Notes: generated by a model from the sequence alone, not told the origin. Counted from the first letter of the stretch, positions 36,649 through 48,836 are shown. The stretch is 64,000 nucleotides of DNA from Anaeromyxobacteraceae bacterium (GCA_047602405.1 JASGHJ010000002.1:1728001-1792000), one strand, 5' to 3'. Numbers and translations are program-made.

Positions 36649-38491
36649 TCAGCGGCGCCCGACCCGGCGCTCGAGGTCGGCGAGCGGCAGCTCGAACACG
36701 ACCGGGCGCCCGTGCGGGCAGCGGGCCTTGAAGTCGATCCCGTCGAGCGCGTCGAGCAGCGCGCGCGCCTCCTCCGGGGAGACGTCCTGGTTCGCCCGGA
36801 CCGCCGCGTGGCAGGCCATCGTGGCGAGGAGGTCGTGGAAGGCATCGTCGACGGCCGAGCCCCGGTCGAGGTGCTCGAGCTGGCCGGCGAGATCGACGAG
36901 GAGCCGCTCGAGGTCGACGCCGCCCAGCGCGGCGGGGGCGCCCTTGACCGCGAAGCTCTCGCCGCCGAACGGCTCGACCTCGAGGCCGATCCGGGCGAGG
37001 TCCGGCAGGGCCGCCTCGAGCGCCCGGGCCGTGGCGGGCGGCACGGTCACCACCCGCGGGATGAGGAGCGGTTGCACCGGGAGCGCCCGCGCCGCCCACG
37101 CCACGCGCAGGCGCTGGAAGAGCAGGCGCTCGTGGCTCGCGTGCTGATCGATGACCACGAGCGAGCCGCCCGGTGCCTCGCACACGAGGTAGGTGCGGGC
37201 GTGCTGCCCCACGTACCGCAGCGAGGCGAAGTAGCCCTCCGGGCGCGACCCGCCGTCGTCCGAGGCGACCGGGAAGGCGAAGCGCGTGTTGTCGCCGGGC
37301 GCGTCCCCGTGGCGCGCGCGGGCCCAGGCGAGGACGCCGGCGACCTCCTCGCCGGAGGCGGCCCCGGTGCCGGTGACCGGCTCCGCCGCGAGCGGCAGGC
37401 CCGCGGGACCGCCCACCGGCCCTCCCGCGACGGCGTCCGCGGGCGCCGAGGGGTACCCCGACGAGGCCGCCCCGCCGGGCGCGCCCACCCGGCCGAGCCA
37501 CGGCGCGGTGCGGAGCACGCCGGCCACCGCGTGGAAGAGCGCGTCCTGGACCTCGCGCGCCTCGGCGAACCGCACCTCGAGCTTCTGCGGGTGCACGTTC
37601 ACGTCGACCCGGTCGAGCGGCAGCTCCACGAAGAGCACGCCCGCGGGGTGGCGCCCCGGCGGCAGCGTGCCCGCGAACGCGCGCAGCACGGCGTGGGCCG
37701 CGTTGCGGTCCCGCACGTAGCGGCCGTTCACGAACAGGTAGAGCGAACGGGAGGTCGCCTCGGAGTGGTCCGGGCCGCAGATGGCGCCGTGGACCCGGAC
37801 GTGGCCCCGCCGGTGGTCGACCGCGTGGAGGTGGCGAGCGGCCTCGCGGCCGAGCGCGAGCGCCACCCGGTCGGTGATCGGCTCTCCGGCGCGCGCGGAG
37901 ACGACGGAGCGGCCCCCGGAGCGGAGCGTGAAGCCCACGTCGGCGCGCGCGAGCGCGAGGCGCACGATGGCCTCGGTGACGTGCCCGGCCTCGGTGGGAC
38001 CGGCCCGCATGAACTTCCGGCGGGCGGGCGTGTTGAAGAACAGATCCCGCACCTCGATGGTGGTGCCGCGCGGCCGCCCGGTGCCCTCGGTCGCGACGAG
38101 CTCCCCGCCCTCGACCTCGAGGCGGGTCCCGGCCCCGTCCTCGGCGGGCGCCGTGTCGAGGCGGAAGCGCGAGACCGACGCGATGGCCGGGATGGCCTCC
38201 CCGCGGAAGCCCATCGTCGCGATCGCCGCGAGCCCCTCGGCGTCGGCGAGCTTCGAGGTCGCGTGCCGCTCGAGCGCCAGGCGCGCGTCGTCGGCGTCCA
38301 TGCCGCAGCCGTCGTCGGCCACCCGCACGAGGGCGAGCCCGCCCTCCTCGACGTCCACGGCGATCTGCCTCGCCCCGGCGTCGAGCGCGTTCTCGACGAG
38401 CTCCTTCACGACCGACGCGGGGCGCTCGACCACCTCGCCCGCGGCGATTCTGGTTCACGAGCCCCGGGGGCAGGAGACGGACGCGGGCCAT
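36649..38491 (-). CDS. mutL: DNA mismatch repair protein MutL (insertion near 38448)
   Basis: [50 protein letters not shown]. Confidence 0.96.
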
Positions 38492-38598
38492 GGGAGGAGC
38501 GTCCTACCATGCCGGTACGACTGCGCTCTTCGGCCGCGAGGGGGTGGCCAACGTGAACGTTTGACCCCGGGGCGGTGCCGCGTCTATGACGGGCACCG

Positions 38599-39760
38599 AT
38601 GCCAAAGGGAAAGCGCGACGCCCGGCGGGCCCGTCCCGCCCGGAAGAAGCCGGCCGCGAAGGCCGGGCGCGCGCTCCTCGGCAACGACCCGTTCCAGCGG
38701 GGCGCCGCGCCACGAGACCCGCTCGTCGGCGCGCGCCCCGAGCCGGAGCCCACGCCGCCTCCCCCCCGCCAGGCCGGGGCGGCCGCTCCGCCTGCGGCCG
38801 GCCTCGCCGACGTGGAGCGCAAGGTCGCCCACGCCCTCGACGGCATGGAGAAGCGCCTCGAGGATCTCGCCGGGCGCGCCGGATTGCCGGAGGCCGGGCG
38901 GGACCTGCGCGAGGCCGCCGACCGGCTCCTGCCGCGCATCGGCGACGCCCTCGCGAGCCTCGTCGATCTCGCCCGGCTGCTCGAGCCGCCGGCCCGGCTC
39001 GACCGCCACGGGATGGACCCCGACTTCGCCCAGCGGGCGGAGCCGCTCCTCGAGCTCCTCTACCGGGTCTTCTGGCGGACCGCGGTCCGCGGGGCGGAGC
39101 GGATCCCCTCGACCGGGCCGGTCATCGTGGTCGCGAACCACGGCGGCGCCGTGGCCTGGGACGCGCTCGTGCTCCGCCGGGCGCTCTTCCTGGATCACCC
39201 CGCCCGCCGCGACCTCCGGCCGCTGCTCGACGACCGCGAGGCCGACGCGGCGCCGTTCGGGCCGCTCGCGATCCGGCTCGGCGCCGTGCGGGCCGCGCCC
39301 GAGCCCGCCGAGCGCATCCTGAAGGCCGGCGGCGTGCTGGGGGTCTTCCCCGAGGGCAGCGCCGTCCAGCGCCGCCCCTGGCGCGACCGCTACCGGATTC
39401 CAGCACTTCGGCCGCGGCGGCTTCGCGAAGCTCGCGCTCCGCACCGGCGCCACGATCGTGCCGTGCGCGATCGTGGGCAGCGAGGAGGCCTCGCCGCCCA
39501 TGGCGCGGTCGGGCTGGCTGGCCGAGAAGCTCGGCGTGCCGGTCCTCTCGCTGACGCCCGCCCTGCCCATCGGGCCCGCGGGGCTCGTGCCCCTGCCCTC
39601 GCGCTGGACGCTGGACTTCGGCGAGCCGGTCGCCGTGGCGGGCGGCCCGGAGGCGGCCGAGGACGCGGGGCGCGTCGCGGCGATCACCGACGCGGTGCGG
39701 ACGACCCTGCAGGCGATGCTCGACGAGGCCGTGAAGGCCCGCGGCAGCGTCTTCCTCTGA
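38599..39760 (+). CDS. PlsC-like lysophospholipid acyltransferase (insertion near 39398)
   Basis: VANHGG...D, VFPEG, FGRGGF..LA, IVPCAIVGSEE. Confidence 0.82.
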
Positions 39761-39797
39761 GCCGCGGCCGCGGGCAGCACGCCCACGCCCGCGCCGC

Positions 39798-41180
39798 TCA
39801 GCGCAGCACGAACGCCGGGTCGGTCTTCGCCGCCGCGACGAGCTCGTCGCGGTAGGCCTCGTAGCCGGGGCGCCCGAGGAGGCCCTGCGCGTACTTCTTG
39901 CCGGCCTCCACGCCGGGCTGGTCGAAGGCGTTCACGCCGTAGAGCCCGCCCGCGTAGGCGGTCGCGAGCTCGAGGAGCATGAGGAGCTCGCCGAGGGCGC
40001 GCGCGTCGAGGCGCGGCACCGAGATCCCGATGGTGGGCCGGCCGGCCTTGCGGATCGCGGCGTCGGTCGCGCGGCGCTCGGCCTCGATGAGCTCGCCCAT
40101 CGTGTGGCCGCCGAGGTACGCGACCTCGGCGTGCTTCGCGTAGACCTCCGGCACCGAGAGGGCGAGGTCCGCGCGCGGCTTCTCGACCTGCACGATCATC
40201 ATCACCTTGTCGTGCGGCCCCTCCATCATGAGCTGCATCGACGAGTGCTGGTCGGTCGCGCCCACGGCCCGGAACGGCGTCGGGCCGACCTTCGGGTTCT
40301 TGCCGAGCGACTCCGCCCAGAGCTGCACGAACCAGTCGCCGAGCTCGCGCAGGCCGTCGGCGTACGGCATGAGCACGTGCACGTGGCGGCCGCGCTTCAC
40401 GTCGAGCAGGTGCAGCGCGGTGGCGAGCAGGAGCGCCGGATTCGCGGTGAGCTCGCCGGTGCGGCAGCGGGCCTCCATCGCGGCGGCGCCGTCGAGGAGC
40501 GACTGCACGTCCACGCCCGCCGCGGCGGCCGGCAGGAGGCCGACCGAGGTGAGCGCCGAGAACCGGCCGCCCACGCTCGGCGGCACCGGGAGCGCGCGGA
40601 GCGCCTCGTCCTTCGCGATCTGGCGCAGGATGCCCTTCGCCGGGTCGGTGACGAGCACGCAGCGATCTCGGTAGCCCGCCTCGCCGAACCTCGCGAGGCA
40701 GCGCTCGCGCAGCACGAGGTGCTGGCTCATGGTCTCGGCGGTGCCGCCGGACTTCGTGACGACGGCCCAGGCGGTGTCGGCGAGGTCGACCGTGCCGAGC
40801 AGCGCCTCGAAGGTCGCCGGGTCGGAGTTGTCGGGGAAGAAGACCCGCATGCCGCCCCGCCGCTCGCGCGGGAGGAGGTCGTGGAACGGGTGGCAGAGCG
40901 CCTTCAGGATCGCCTTCCCGCCGAGCGAGCTGCCCCCGATCCCGAGGAGCAGCAGGTTCTCGTACCTCGCGGAGAGCTCGCCCGCGAGCGCCAGCGAGGC
41001 CTGCGCGGCGGCGCGGTCGGCCGGCAGATCGGCGAAGCCCACCTCGCCGGACCTGCGGCGCGCCTCGAAGGCCTCGAAGGCGGCGGTCGCCAGCGGGGCG
41101 GCGGCGGCCAGCTCGGCGCGGCCGAGGCCACCGGCGGCGGGGTCCAGGCTGCCGTTGAGGTCGAGGGCGAGGCGATCCAT
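39798..41180 (-). CDS. pgi: Glucose-6-phosphate isomerase
   Basis: GIGGSSLG, KSGGTAET, VGGRFS, QLWAESLGK, DQHS, FDQPGVEAGK. Confidence 0.95.
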   Translation of the reverse strand: MDRLALDLNGSLDPAAGGLGRAELAAAAPLATAAFEAFEARRRSGEVGFADLPADRAAAQASLALAGELSARYENLLLLGIGGSSLGGKAILKALCHPFHDLLPRERRGGMRVFFPDNSDPATFEALLGTVDLADTAWAVVTKSGGTAETMSQHLVLRERCLARFGEAGYRDRCVLVTDPAKGILRQIAKDEALRALPVPPSVGGRFSALTSVGLLPAAAAGVDVQSLLDGAAAMEARCRTGELTANPALLLATALHLLDVKRGRHVHVLMPYADGLRELGDWFVQLWAESLGKNPKVGPTPFRAVGATDQHSSMQLMMEGPHDKVMMIVQVEKPRADLALSVPEVYAKHAEVAYLGGHTMGELIEAERRATDAAIRKAGRPTIGISVPRLDARALGELLMLLELATAYAGGLYGVNAFDQPGVEAGKKYAQGLLGRPGYEAYRDELVAAAKTDPAFVLR

Positions 41181-41277
41181 GCGAGCTCCCGTGAGGCCTG
41201 CCGGAGCGGTGCCCCGGCCTGGTTGAGGGCCCGCACTCTACTGCAAGGCAGGCCCCGGAGCCGCGAGAACAGCCGGG

Positions 41278-42144
41278 TCACCCCGCGGCATCGGCCGCGG
41301 GCTGCACCTCGGGTGCGCGGCCCCCGTCGAGGTGCGCGAACTTCACCTTGAGGGGCGGCGTCCGGAGATCCCACACGAGCCCGAGCGCGGCGAGCCCGCG
41401 CAGGACGTAGTACGACGGGTCCCACTCCCACCAGAAGAACCCCTGGTTCGCGGTGCCCGGGTAGAAGTGGTGGTTGTTGTGCCAGCCCTCGCCCATGGTC
41501 ACGAGGGCGAGCACGAAGCTGTTCCGCGAGCCGTCGCTCGTCTCGTAGCGCCGCGACCCGATGACGTGCGCGAGCGAGTTGATGACGAAGGTCCCGTGCC
41601 AGAGGGCGGTCGTCGAGAGGAAGAAGCCCCACAGGACCCACGCCCAGCCGCCCGCGAGGAACAGGCCCACCGCGAGCGTCGCGGGCGGCACCCACCAGTT
41701 CCGCTCGATCCACAGGAGCTCGGGGTACTTCGTGAGGTCCTTCACCCGGTCGTGGTTCGTGCCCTCGTAGCCCCGGTCGACGATCCAGCCGACGTGCGAC
41801 CACAGGAACCCGCCCACGAGCGGCGAGTGGATGTCGTCCTCGGTGTCCGAGTAGCGGTGGTGGTCCCGGTGGTGCGCCGCCCACCAGAGCGCGCCCTTCT
41901 GCGAGGCGGTGGCACCCAGCCAGGCGAGCGCGAACTGGAACGCCCGCGAGGTCCGGTAGGCCCGGTGCGCGAAGTAGCGATGGTAGCCGGCGGTGATGCC
42001 GAACATCCGCACGTAGTAGGCGCCGACCGCGAGGGCCACGAGGCCCCAGGTCGGCGCGACCAGGAACGGCGTCGCGAACCCGACGAGGTGGACCGCGATG
42101 AACGGGATGATGCCGGGCCAGTTGATCCCCTGCGCTCTCTTCAT
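41278..42144 (-). CDS. Acyl-CoA (delta-9-type) fatty acid desaturase
   Basis: His boxes HRYFAH, HRDHH and GEGWHNNHH. Confidence 0.92.
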   Translation of the reverse strand: MKRAQGINWPGIIPFIAVHLVGFATPFLVAPTWGLVALAVGAYYVRMFGITAGYHRYFAHRAYRTSRAFQFALAWLGATASQKGALWWAAHHRDHHRYSDTEDDIHSPLVGGFLWSHVGWIVDRGYEGTNHDRVKDLTKYPELLWIERNWWVPPATLAVGLFLAGGWAWVLWGFFLSTTALWHGTFVINSLAHVIGSRRYETSDGSRNSFVLALVTMGEGWHNNHHFYPGTANQGFFWWEWDPSYYVLRGLAALGLVWDLRTPPLKVKFAHLDGGRAPEVQPAADAAG

Positions 42145-42324
42145 GGTCGGGCAGGTTGGTTGATCGAGGTCATGGGCGTGTCACGAGCGGATCGGCCCTC
42201 GCCCCCGGTCCGCGAAACGCTGCCGCTCCGCGGACCTGCGCGCGCGACGCGCGGTTCGGGGTGCGTCCCGGCACCACCGGGTGCACCCTTCGAGGAGGCA
42301 CCGAGGTCGGCCGGGAGGTCCTAG

Positions 42325-42729
42325 ATGCAGGTCGAGACGGCGGCGGCGACGGGCGAAGGGGACGCGAGGAGGCAGGCGCTCATCCGGCTGATGGCGGAGA
42401 CCCTCCCGCTCGCCGGCTACGCGGGGGTCCAGGCGGATCTACCGGGCTGGGAGGCGCCGGAGCTGGTCCGGGGGGCGGTGAAGGACCACCGGCCGAGCCT
42501 CTTCTGCGAGGCTCCCAAGCCGGTCTTCCTGGACGTGCTCGCCGCGGGCGCGCTCGCCATCGAGGAGATCGCGAGCCGCTGGCAGCTCTTCGCGTCGGCG
42601 GCCGAGCTCACCGAGGGCGAGTTCCACGTGGTCATCCCCCGCTGGATCGCCGGGCGCGACGGCCGCGCCGTGGCGCGCCAGATCGCCAATCTCGTCGGGG
42701 TGCGCCTGCATTACGTCTGGGCGGTCTGA
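42325..42729 (+). CDS. Hypothetical protein
   Basis: 134-aa ORF with RBS GGAGG. Confidence 0.65.
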   Translation: MQVETAAATGEGDARRQALIRLMAETLPLAGYAGVQADLPGWEAPELVRGAVKDHRPSLFCEAPKPVFLDVLAAGALAIEEIASRWQLFASAAELTEGEFHVVIPRWIAGRDGRAVARQIANLVGVRLHYVWAV

Positions 42730-42925
42730 GTCCGTCCAATCCCGAGCGTAGCGGCGCCCGCAGGCGCCGCGGAGTCGAGGGACTGGGCGGTCTGACTCCG
42801 TCCAATCCCGAGCGTAGCGGCGCCGCAGGCGCCGCGGAGTCGAGGGACCAATCCCGAGCGTAGCGTCCTTCGACTTCGGTCCGCGGGACGCTGCGCGTCC
42901 GCGGACCTACGCTCAGGATGAGCGG
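42718..42925. repeat. Cluster of palindromic repeats: two tandem ~66-bp units, one partial unit and one inverted copy
   Basis: CCCGAGCGTAGCGGCGCC..GGCGCCGCGGAGTCGAGGGAC twice, then CCTTCGAC..hairpin..CTACGCTCAGGATGAGCGG. Confidence 0.85.
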
Positions 42926-42941
42926 ACCGGTCGAGCTGGCG

Positions 42942-43829
42942 TCACCCGCCCCGGCGGCCGCCGCGCCGGCCGCCCTCGCCCTCGTCCTCCTCGGGCGGCT
43001 TCGCCGGCTTGCCGTCCTTGTCCTCGGCGGGCAGCGGCGGGAGCGGCCCCGCCTTCGTCATCGACGTGAGGTAGGCCTGCAGCGGCGCCACGAAGTCCTG
43101 CTCGAGATCGCCCGGCAGGCGCCCCGGGTGCTTCGCGAGCTTCGCCGATAGCGCCGTGCCGTCGTGCGCCTCCGCCCAGGCGGTCAGCTCCGGTCCGCGC
43201 GTCCCGCCCGCCCCGCGCATCGCGTGGCAGCTGACGCACCGCTCCACGAAGAGGCCGCCGCCGCGGCGCGCCTCCGCAGGCTGCCCGCCGGGGAGCGAGA
43301 GCGCGCGTCCGTAGACGCGTGGCCAGCGCACGACCTCGATCGCGACCGGCTTCTCCGCCCACCAGGCGCGGTGGCGCGGGTCGCGAAGCAGGCCGGGCTG
43401 CTCGCCGTTGGGCCACGCGAGGCGCGGCTCGTCGAGCGCGGCGCCGTCGGCGCGCGTCGCGAGGGCGGGCCGGTACTGGACGAACTTGCCGAGGTTGATC
43501 GGCACGGCCTCGCCGGCGGCGGTCCGCACGACCACCGTGTCCACGCCGGGCCGCACCTCGGCCACGTTCTTCACGATGACCGAGAGGTCGGCGCCCTCCC
43601 ACTCGGCGGCGCGGCCGGTGACGGGATCGGTCCCCTTCACCGCGACCTTCGGCAGCGCGGCGACGTCGTCCGCGCCGAGGGCCCGCGGGCTGCCCTTGAA
43701 GTCTCCGCGGACCTCCAGCACGACCTTGCCCCGGGGCTGCGCCGGGAGCTTCAGCGCGGCGCCGCCGCAGGCCGCGAGCAGGAGGAGGGCCGCCGCCACC
43801 GGGGTGCGCCAGGCTTTTCTCGCCGTCAT
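42942..43829 (-). CDS. Lipoprotein with monoheme cytochrome c domain
   Basis: LLLLAAC lipobox; G..LFVERCVSCH...GPEL. Confidence 0.8.
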   Translation of the reverse strand: MTARKAWRTPVAAALLLLAACGGAALKLPAQPRGKVVLEVRGDFKGSPRALGADDVAALPKVAVKGTDPVTGRAAEWEGADLSVIVKNVAEVRPGVDTVVVRTAAGEAVPINLGKFVQYRPALATRADGAALDEPRLAWPNGEQPGLLRDPRHRAWWAEKPVAIEVVRWPRVYGRALSLPGGQPAEARRGGGLFVERCVSCHAMRGAGGTRGPELTAWAEAHDGTALSAKLAKHPGRLPGDLEQDFVAPLQAYLTSMTKAGPLPPLPAEDKDGKPAKPPEEDEGEGGRRGGRRGG

Positions 43830-43871
43830 GGGTACGATATCTTGCTGCTCCTCCACCCTGGAATCCACACA

Positions 43872-44087
43872 ATGCCGCGCGCCTTCAACGGGTCCATCGA
43901 GTACCGGGTTCGGGCCGACCGCGACCTCGGCGACAGCTGGGCGGTGTCCGTCGTGCCTCCCGAAGGGGCCGATCCGGGCCTGCCTCCGCACGTCGTGAAG
44001 CTGCAGGGCAACGACCGCGACGCGGTGATCCGCGGCGCGCTCGAGATCCTGCGCAAGGCGGGCCGCATCGAACGCTGGGAGCCGTAG
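43872..44087 (+). CDS. Small hypothetical protein
   Basis: 71-aa ORF MPRAFNGSIEYRV... directly upstream of the TPR gene. Confidence 0.55.
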   Translation: MPRAFNGSIEYRVRADRDLGDSWAVSVVPPEGADPGLPPHVVKLQGNDRDAVIRGALEILRKAGRIERWEP

Positions 44088-44098
44088 CCAGGGCCCCC

Positions 44099-47000
44099 AT
44101 GGCGGACGACGACCCCGCCGCTGCCCAGGAACGGGCCCCCGCCGACGGGAGCCCCGAGGCCACCCCCGTCGCGGCGCGCGACGCCGCGGCGGAGGTCGCC
44201 GAGCTCGTGCGCGAGGCGGCTGCGGCCGGGGGCGCCGCCGCCGCGCCCCTGCACCACGCCGCGGCCCGGCTCCTCGAGGACCGCCTCGGCGATCTCGCCG
44301 GCGCCGCCGAGCAGTGGCGCCGGGCCGCCGCCGCCGACCCCGGCTTCCTCCCTGCGCGCACCGCCCAGCGCCGCCTCGCGCTCGAGCAGGGCGACGACGC
44401 GCTCGCCGCCGAGGCGCTCGCGGTCGAGGCCGCGGCCGCCCGCACCCCGGCGGATCGCCAGGCGCTGCTCCTCATGCGCGGCCGGCTCCTCGCCGCGCTC
44501 GGGCGCGCCGACGAGGGGCGCCCGCTGCTCGCCGAGGCCATCTCGATCGACCCGATGCGGTTCGCGGCCGCCGAGGAGATCGCCGCCCAGGCCGCCGCCA
44601 CCGGCGACCGCGCCGCCCTCGCCGACGCCTACGCCCGCTGCGCGGCGAGCGCGGCCGACCCCATCCTCTCGGCGCATTACCTCTCCGCGTGCTCGGCCCT
44701 CCTCGAGGAGGCCCTCGGGCGCCTCGACCGCGCCGGCGCGCTCGCGCTCGAGGCGTTCCACCTCCTGCCCTCCGACCGGCTGCTCAGGGCCGGCGCGCGC
44801 CGCCACGCCGAGCGCCTCGCGCAGACCGCGGCGCTCTCCCCGATCCTGCGCGCCGAGGCCGAGGCCCTCTCCGGCGCCGCCTCCGCCGAGACCTGGCACG
44901 CCCTCGCGCTCGCCGAGGAGCGGCTCCGCCGCCTCCCGGAGGCCGCCATCGCCCTCGAGCGGGGCCTCCTCGCGGCGCCGGGCGATCTGAAGCTCCTCGC
45001 CGGGCTCGCCCGGGTCCTCGAGAAGGACGGCCGCTGGAACGAGGCGTCCGCGGCGCTCGTGGACGTCGCCGCGGCCCACGCCGGCCTCGACGGGCCCCAG
45101 CACCGCGCCGAGGCGGTGGGCGCCCTCCTCCGGCGCGCCGAGATCGAGGAGCTCGAGCTCGACCGGCCCGACCAGGCCGTCGAGGCCTGCCAGGCGGTGC
45201 TCGCGCTCGACCCGGGCCATCGCGCCGCGCTCTCCGCGCTGGGCCGGCTCTGCGCCCGGATGGGCGACGCCGAGGGGCTCGCGAAGGCGTTCGAGGGCGA
45301 GGCGGCCGCCGCCCGCGACGACCGGGAGCGGGCGCAGCGGCTCTTCCGCGCGGGCGAGGTGCACGAGGAGCGGCTCGGGAGGCCCGAGGTCGCCGCCGAG
45401 CGGTACCGCGAGGCGCTGGCCCTGGACCCGGGCCTCACCGTGGCGCGCGAGGCGCTCGAGCGGCTCCTCGAGAAGCTCGGGCGCTACGGCGAGCTCCTCG
45501 CGCACGTCGAGGACGACCTCGCCGCCCCGTTCGCCCCCGACCGCGGGAAGGCCTGGGGGCTCGCGCGGCTCGTGCGCCGCGCCGAGCTCGTCGAGTCGCA
45601 CGGGGACGACGCCGCCCGCACCCGCGCGGCGTGGGAGGCCGTCCTCGAGCACACGCCCGGCCACCTCCCGGCCGTGCGCGCCCTCGGGCGCCTGCACGCC
45701 CGCGCCGGCCGCTGGGAGCAGCTCGCGGCCATGTTCCGCCAGGAGGCGCGGGACGCGGACGGCCCCGCGGGCGCGGAGCTCCTCCTGCGCGCGGGCGAGT
45801 TCCTCGAGCGGCGCCTCGACCGGCCCGAGGAGGCCGCGGTCGCCTACCGCGAGGCCCTCGAGAAGGATCCCGGGCTCGCCCCCGCCGAGCGCGCGCTCGA
45901 GCGGCTCTTCCGGGAGCGCAGCGAGAACGAGGCCCTCGTCGCGCTCCTGCGCGAGCGGGCGCTCCGGTCGCCCCCCGAGGTCGCGGCCGCGGTCTTCGAC
46001 GAGAATCGGCCGCGTCCACGAGGAGAAGACCTGGGACCGGCCCCGCGCGGTGGCCGCCTACGAGGAGGCCCTGCGGTTCGTGCCCGGCCACCCGCCCTCG
46101 GTCCGGGCCCTCGACCGGCTCTACGCGGAGACCGGGCGCACCGAGGAGCTCGAGCGCCTGCGGAACGAGGCGCTCACCGACGAGGACGCGCCCGCGCGCG
46201 GCGAGCGGCTGCTGAGGCTCGCGCGCCTGCGCGCCGACCGGGTGGGCGACCTGAGGGGCGCGCTCGGCCTCGTGGACGCGCTCGACGAGGTGCTCCCCGG
46301 CGATCCGTCGGTGCTCCTCCTGCGCCTGCGGCTCGCGCCCGAGGCCGCCGAGCGCGCCCGCGCCCGCGGCGCGCTCGCGGGCGCCGCGGCGAGCGCGGAG
46401 GTCGCCGCCGCGCTCCAGGCGGCCGCGGTCCCCGACCTGCGCGACGGGGCCCGGCGCCGGGCGCTCGAGGTCGCGGGGCGGAATGCACCGGCGAGCGCGC
46501 TCCTCGCCCCGCACGCCGCGCGGGCGCTCGAGGCGGCGGGCGACCACGCCGCGCGGGCGGTCTTCTGCGAGCGCCTCGCCGGCGACGCCGTGGACCCGGC
46601 CGCCCGCAGCAATCTCTGGCTCCGCGCCGGCGAGGCGCGCGACGCCGCCGGCCAGCCCGAGCGCGCGTTCGCGGACCTCCGGGCGGCGGTGGAGGCCGTG
46701 CCCTCGAACCTCCCCGCCCTGCGCGCCCTGCGCGCCCACCTCGTCCGCAGCGCCGACTGGCCCGCCGTGCGCGGTTCGCTCCACGCCGAGGCCGCCGCCC
46801 TGCGGGACCCCGGCCTCGCGGCCGCGGCCTGGCTCGAGGCCGGCGCGCTCGCGGAGCACCGCCTGGGCGTGCGGACCGCGGCCGCGGACGACTACCGCCA
46901 CGCGCTCGAGCGCCGCCCGGAGGATCCGGTGGCGAAGGCCCGGCTCGAGGCGATCGAGGCCGGCCTCTCGGCCGAGGCCCTCGCGGAGGCGCACGCCGCG

Positions 47001-48836
47001 AAGGCGCGCGAGGCCTCCGACCAGGCCGCCAAGGTCGAGGCGTGGCTGGCCGCCGCCCGGCTGGGCGCCGCCGGACCGGAGGAGCGCGAGCGGGCGCTGG
47101 CGGCCGTCGGGGAGGTCCTCGCCCTCGAGCCCGCCCACCCCGAGGCCCACGAGCTGAAGGCGCGCCTCCTCGCCGAGGCCGATCGGCCGGCCGACGCCTT
47201 CGCGGAGGTCGAGGTGGCCGCCGCCGCGCAGGCCGACCCGGCGCGCCGCGCCGCGCTGCACCTGCGCGCGGCCGAGCTCGCCACGAGGGCCGGGCTCGAG
47301 CCTGCCCGCGCCCTGCCCCACCTCGAGGCCGCGGCGGAGCTCGCGCCGGACGACGCCGTCGCCCTGGAGCGCGCCGCGCGGGCGCACCTCCAGGCCGGCG
47401 CCGAGGAGGAGGCCCTGGGCTACCTGCGGCGGCTCGCCGAGGTCCCCACCGGCGACCGGCTCCTGCAGGCCGAGCGCCTCGCGCACCTCGCCGAGGTGGA
47501 GGAGCGGCGGGGCCGCCCCGACGCGGCGCTCGAGGCGCTGCGGCGGGCCCTCGACCTCGACCCCGGCAACACCGGCGCGTTCCGGCGGCTCGCCCGCTTC
47601 GAGGCCGAGCGCGGCGACCCGGCCGCCGTGGCCGAGGCGCTCGCCGAGGCCGCCCGCCGCGCCCCCGCGCCCGGCATCGCGGCCGAGGCCCACCTCGAGG
47701 CGGCCCGCCTCCTCGCCGGGCCGCTCCAGGCCGGCCCGCGCGCCGTCGAGCAGCTCCGCGCCGTGCTCGCCGTCGACCCCGGCCGCGACGAGGCGCGGGC
47801 GCTCCTCGCGGAGCAGCTGCAGGAGCTCAGCCCGGGCGCCGCGGTCGAGGAGCACCAGGCGCTGCTCGCGCGCGACCCGTTCCGCGTCGAGAGCTGGCAG
47901 GCGCTCTGCCGCCTCTTCGAGCGCATGCGCGCCCACGACCGCGCCTACGTCTGCGCGACGGTGCTGCGCTTCCTGGGTGCGCCCTCCCCCGGCCCCGCGG
48001 CCGCGCAGCTCCTTGAGGAGGGCGACCGGCAGGCCCTGCGCCCGCCACCGGCCCTCTCGCCCGACGACTGGGACCTGCTGCGGGATCCGCGCGAGCCCGA
48101 CACGCTCGCCGCGCTCCTCGCGGTGGCCGGGGACGCGCTCGCGGAGGTCCTCGCGCCGAGCCCCGCCGAGCGGGGCCCGGCCGCCCGCGACGACCACCCG
48201 TTCCGCCCGGTGCTCGAGGAGCTCTGCGCCGCGCTCGACGCGCCCGCGCACGCGCTCTACCCTGCCTCGCGCTGCGTCGTCCGCGTCGAGCCGGGCGCGC
48301 CGCACGCCGTGCTCGTCGGCGACGGGCTGGGCCGCGGCGTGCCGCTCCGCGAGCAGCGGTTCCTGCTCGGGCGCGCCGCCGCGCGCCTGCGGGGCCGCAC
48401 CGGCCTCCTCGACGCCCTCCCCGGCCCGGTCCTCCTCGAGGGCCTCGCCGCGGTGGTGGCGCTCGTCGTCCCCGGCTGGAAGGGGGCCGCCGCGCCGCCC
48501 CCGGAGCTGCAGCGGCGGGTCGCGAAGGCGCTGCGCGGCAAGGCCAGGAAGGCCATCGAGGCGCCGGCGCGGGCGCTCGCCGCCGAGCGGGGCGAGCACG
48601 ACCTGGCGGCGTTCCGGGTCGCGGCCGCCGCGACCGCCAACCGCGCCGGGCTCGTCCTCTGCGGCGACGTCCCGACCGCGCTGACGCTCCTCTTGCGCGA
48701 CCCGGGCGCCCCGGTCGACCGGGAGGGCCTGGTGGACGAGGCGCGCCGGAGCGACGAGGCGCGCGCGCTCCTCGCGTTCGCCGCGGGGGAGAAGCACTTC
48801 CTCCTCCGCCAGCGGCTGCGGGTCGCGGTGGCCTGA
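44099..48836 (+). CDS. Giant TPR-repeat protein, about 1580 aa (insertion near 46005)
   Basis: Many A...Y..AL..DP...A...L.RL repeats across two frames. Confidence 0.82.

Noticed and set aside
42718..42925. CRISPR array
   Set aside because: Units repeat in full without unique spacers, orientations are mixed, and there are no cas genes
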